A stretch of 37,999 nt of DNA from Octopus bimaculoides (taxonomy: Eukaryota), in NCBI RefSeq assembly GCF_001194135.2, contig NC_068998.1, positions 21,603,248-21,641,246 of the forward strand, in the 5' to 3' direction. Positions 37,097 to 37,999 of this stretch are shown in pieces. Below the pieces are notes generated by a model. The model saw only the letters and a list, made by a program, of their open reading frames with translations. It searched no databases and was not told the DNA's origin. A program made the position numbers and the translations under genes. Position 1 is the first letter of the stretch, and each line of letters opens with the position of its first letter.

Positions 37097-37560
37097 TAAG
37101 AGACCAAAGTGTACGTACGCCCTACGTTTTATATATAAAAATACAAAAATGGGACAAAAACGCAAAACATCCAAACAGTTAAGTGGTACAAAAGAGGGAC
37201 AACAAAATATGCAGACGATACAAAGAAAATAAGGACGGACATTCGGAGTTTTCTATCCTCAGTCGAGTTTCAGATTATCTTTGCAATTTCGGCTGGTTAA
37301 TCTCGAGATTGATCCAATCTGGTCAGCCCCAAGAAAAAAAAATAAGCTAAGAGCATTAGATTCCTTGGAAGAAGCAGTGAATGTATACGAAAACAACGAC
37401 GAAAAAAAAACAGAGAAATGTTACAGAAATACAAATCCAATTAACAGGACATAGCAACAACTGTCTTTTGACTAAGGGAGAATTAAATTAAGCTGGCGTG
37501 TGTGGAAGTGATGCCTTACGGTAGGGACAAAAGATTTAACAGGCACAGAGAGGAATATAG
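37097..37560 (+). repeat. Interspersed repeat, copy 1 (unclassified; possibly a Penelope-type tail)
   Basis: 37097-37265 is repeated at 37843-37999. Extension to about 37560 rests on recalled similarity to an octopus repeat. Confidence 0.65.
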
Positions 37561-37800
37561 ATGAGGCATGGATGGTAGTCGAACCAAGAAATAAAGATCA
37601 GGGGAGAGAAGAGAGAGAGAGAGGTAGAGGCAGAGGGATAGAAGAATTAAGGAGGTGCGAGAAAAAAATGAAGGAGAGTGAACATGAAGAGAAGGCCAGG
37701 AAATTTGAGAGAGGGGGAACGAAAGAACGAAGAGTGGAATGAACGAAGTGTAAAAGGGGTGATAGAAAGAAGGAAAGAATGAAAGAATACAAAGAATAAT
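37560..37800. repeat. GA-rich low-complexity tract
   Basis: Purine-rich gaga/gaa repeats. Confidence 0.85.
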
Positions 37801-37842
37801 AGAGTCGTACAAAATTTAGATATATCTATATACTTACATATA

Positions 37843-37999
37843 AAAGACCAGAGTGTAATTACGCCGCTACATTTTATATACTAAAAATACAAAAATGGGA
37901 CGAGAACGCAAAACGACAAAAATGGGACAGAACGACTGAGGATAGAAAACTCCGAATGACCCGTCCTTGTTTTCCTTGTATTGTGTGTCTGGATATTTT
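37843..37999. repeat. Interspersed repeat, copy 2, with an internal inversion (runs off the window end)
   Basis: 37843-37912 is direct to 37097-37165. 37930-37999 is the reverse complement of about 37195-37265. Confidence 0.85.

Overview
AT-rich, microsatellite-dense eukaryotic DNA with two assembly gaps (15933-16554, 36992-37079). The SINE families and repeat landscape look like an Octopus genome; this is recognition from memory, not a database hit. I found no intact protein-coding gene, tRNA, rRNA or CRISPR array, and most ORFs in the track are microsatellite artefacts. The window is a graveyard of decayed transposons: (1) a full-length DD34E Tc1 element (1584-4024, TA TSD, TIRs) carrying a nested L1/Tx1-type LINE 3' fragment with its own 8-bp TSD; (2) two Penelope-like (GIY-YIG) remnants; (3) an RTE fragment; (4) an internally deleted mariner; (5) an R4/Dong-type LINE remnant; (6) many tRNA-derived SINEs. 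Unusual non-coding structures are a 474-bp long-TIR foldback/MITE, a head-to-head SINE pair able to form long dsRNA, several hammerhead-like motif remnants, a dispersed ~40-bp double-palindrome motif, and a small GC-rich nested-stem island. I see no well-supported novel multi-gene system; the findings are leads, not discoveries.
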